Positions 62,464 through 64,000 of a stretch of 64,000 nucleotides of DNA are shown here, piece after piece. The position numbers and the translations under genes were made by a program. Under the pieces are notes generated by a model. That model saw only the letters and a list, made by a program, of their open reading frames with translations, was not told where the DNA came from and searched no databases. Source of the DNA: an uncultured Pseudomonadota bacterium (GTDB lineage Bacteria; Oederibacteriota; Muellerivitia; Muellerivitales; Muellerivitaceae); assembly GCA_963836235.1 (NCBI GenBank), contig CAWIIP010000004.1:1-64000 (forward strand). The letters are read 5' to 3'. Each line of letters opens with the position of its first letter. The stretch's first letter is position 1.

Positions 62464-62790
62464 AATCAAAAAAGATCAGAATTTAAAGTGAAGACTTGAC
62501 GAATAGGGGTTAGGTATAAGTTGTGAAATAGGGATTCTGAAATTTTTCCACGAGATTCTTTACCTCTTCTTTACCCGTTTCGGGAACCTTTTTTTAAAAA
62601 AAAAGGTAATCTTAAAAGACTTGGAGAAATTAATTTTAAAAAAAGATATTGCCGGGAATTTATTTTTTAATATTCCGGCGGGCCGGTGAGTTTATTTTAA
62701 ACACACCTTTCTTGCCCGTTGGTTTCCTTCGCGGGGGCGGATAAATTCCACCGGTCTTTTTTTCGATAATCAAAATTTAATGAGGAACGC

Positions 62791-64000
62791 ATGAAACGCC
62801 ATCCTCCCATTCGAAACGTTTTCATGGCCCTAGGCTTTCTTAGTCTCGCGGGTTTGGGGACCGCCCCCCTTTCCCCTCTCAAAAATGTTTCCCGTAAAAC
62901 CCCTGCCCGGCTTGCGCCCTCCCAACCCCTCCACCAGGTGGCCAATTACGGCAACCTGCCCCTGGCCTTTGAGCCCAATCAGGGCCAAACCGACCCCCAA
63001 GTCCAGTTTCTCTCGCGCGGAAGGGGCTACATTCTTTTTATTACTCCCCAAGGAGCGATCCTCTCGCTTAAAAAACCAAAGGCTCTCCCGCAAAAGTTAA
63101 CGGCTAAGGGGTCCCGGCGCGGGGCCAAGGCCCTTCCTACGCAGGACAACTCGCCCCCCACCGTCTTGCGCTTGGAAACGGAGGGAGCCCAACCCGGCGT
63201 GAAATTCGAAAGCCAGGAAAAGCTTCCCGGCGTCTCCAATTATTTCATCGGCAAGGACCCTTCCAAATGGATCAAGGGAGTCCCCCAATATTCCAAGGTG
63301 ACCGCCCGGGAACTTTATCCCGGCGTGGATATGGTTTATTACGGAAACCAGGGGAAGCTGGAATATGATTTCGTCGTCCAGCCGGGGGCGGACCCCGGCG
63401 CCATCCGCCTGGGGATAAAGGGAGCGCAGGGTGTCCAGGTGAACAGCCAGGGGGATTTGGAACTGGGGACGAAACAAGGGACGGTGGTTTTCCGGGCGCC
63501 CACGGTGTACCAGGAAACCGGGGGGGTGAAAAGCCCGGTGACGGGCCGCTACAAGCTAAAGGAGGGAAACAAGGTTGGTTTTGAGGTGGAAGATTATGAC
63601 GCTACCAAGCCCCTGGTGATTGACCCAATCCTGGATTATTCCACTTACCTGGGCGGGATCTACACGGACTGGGCCTATGGCGTGGCGGCGGATTCATTGG
63701 GGGATGCCTATATCACCGGCAGCACCCAGTCCACCGACTTTCCAACCACGGCTGGGGCCTACCAAACCACTTTGGGGGGGACCGGGAACGCCTTCATCAC
63801 CGAGTTTGACCCCTCCGGCACCGCCTTGGTCTTTTCCGACTACCTGGGTGGAAACGGTTCTGATACGGGCTGGTCCATCGCCTTGGATTCATCGGCCGAT
63901 ATCTTCGTAACAGGCCAAACCAATTCCACTAATTTTCCCACCACCTCTAATGCGGTCCAGGCTACTTTGAATGGCGCCGTAAACGCCTTCGTGACCAAGC
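62791..64000 (+). CDS. SBBP repeat protein (partial, runs off the window)
   Basis: MKRHPPIRNVFMALGFL...YGNLPLAFEPNQGQTD...LDYSTYLGG; GAGGA SD. Confidence 0.88.
   Translation, partial: MKRHPPIRNVFMALGFLSLAGLGTAPLSPLKNVSRKTPARLAPSQPLHQVANYGNLPLAFEPNQGQTDPQVQFLSRGRGYILFITPQGAILSLKKPKALPQKLTAKGSRRGAKALPTQDNSPPTVLRLETEGAQPGVKFESQEKLPGVSNYFIGKDPSKWIKGVPQYSKVTARELYPGVDMVYYGNQGKLEYDFVVQPGADPGAIRLGIKGAQGVQVNSQGDLELGTKQGTVVFRAPTVYQETGGVKSPVTGRYKLKEGNKVGFEVEDYDATKPLVIDPILDYSTYLGGIYTDWAYGVAADSLGDAYITGSTQSTDFPTTAGAYQTTLGGTGNAFITEFDPSGTALVFSDYLGGNGSDTGWSIALDSSADIFVTGQTNSTNFPTTSNAVQATLNGAVNAFVTK

Overview
Bacterial chromosomal window, apparently from a diderm organism (two GT9 heptosyltransferases and an LmtA-like lipid A methyltransferase). 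It carries housekeeping genes (ilvE, bioB, acs, type III glutamine synthetase, mutY, glycerate kinase), cellulase-family enzymes (GH5, GH12), signalling genes (two class III cyclases, PilZ proteins, an ECF41 sigma factor) and many large secreted Thr/Pro-repeat or SBBP proteins ending in a FlgD-Ig/T9SS-like C-terminal domain. One of these, about 2850 aa, is split by a G8 tract. The most unusual region is 56.8-61.0 kb, which has two nested repeat systems. (i) Four co-oriented 30-bp palindromes (14-bp arms, GA core) delimit gene modules: higBA, an NHL lipoprotein and an AT-rich island. (ii) Inside the last module, three identical 37-bp CRISPR-like direct repeats are separated by 971-bp and 920-bp 'spacers'. 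Each spacer contains a whole gene, and spacer 1 also has truncated neighbouring genes at both ends. An AT-rich leader-like segment lies next to the last repeat. This is a candidate undescribed kilobase-scale DNA/gene capture array. No cas gene, recombinase, tRNA or rRNA was recognised in the window.
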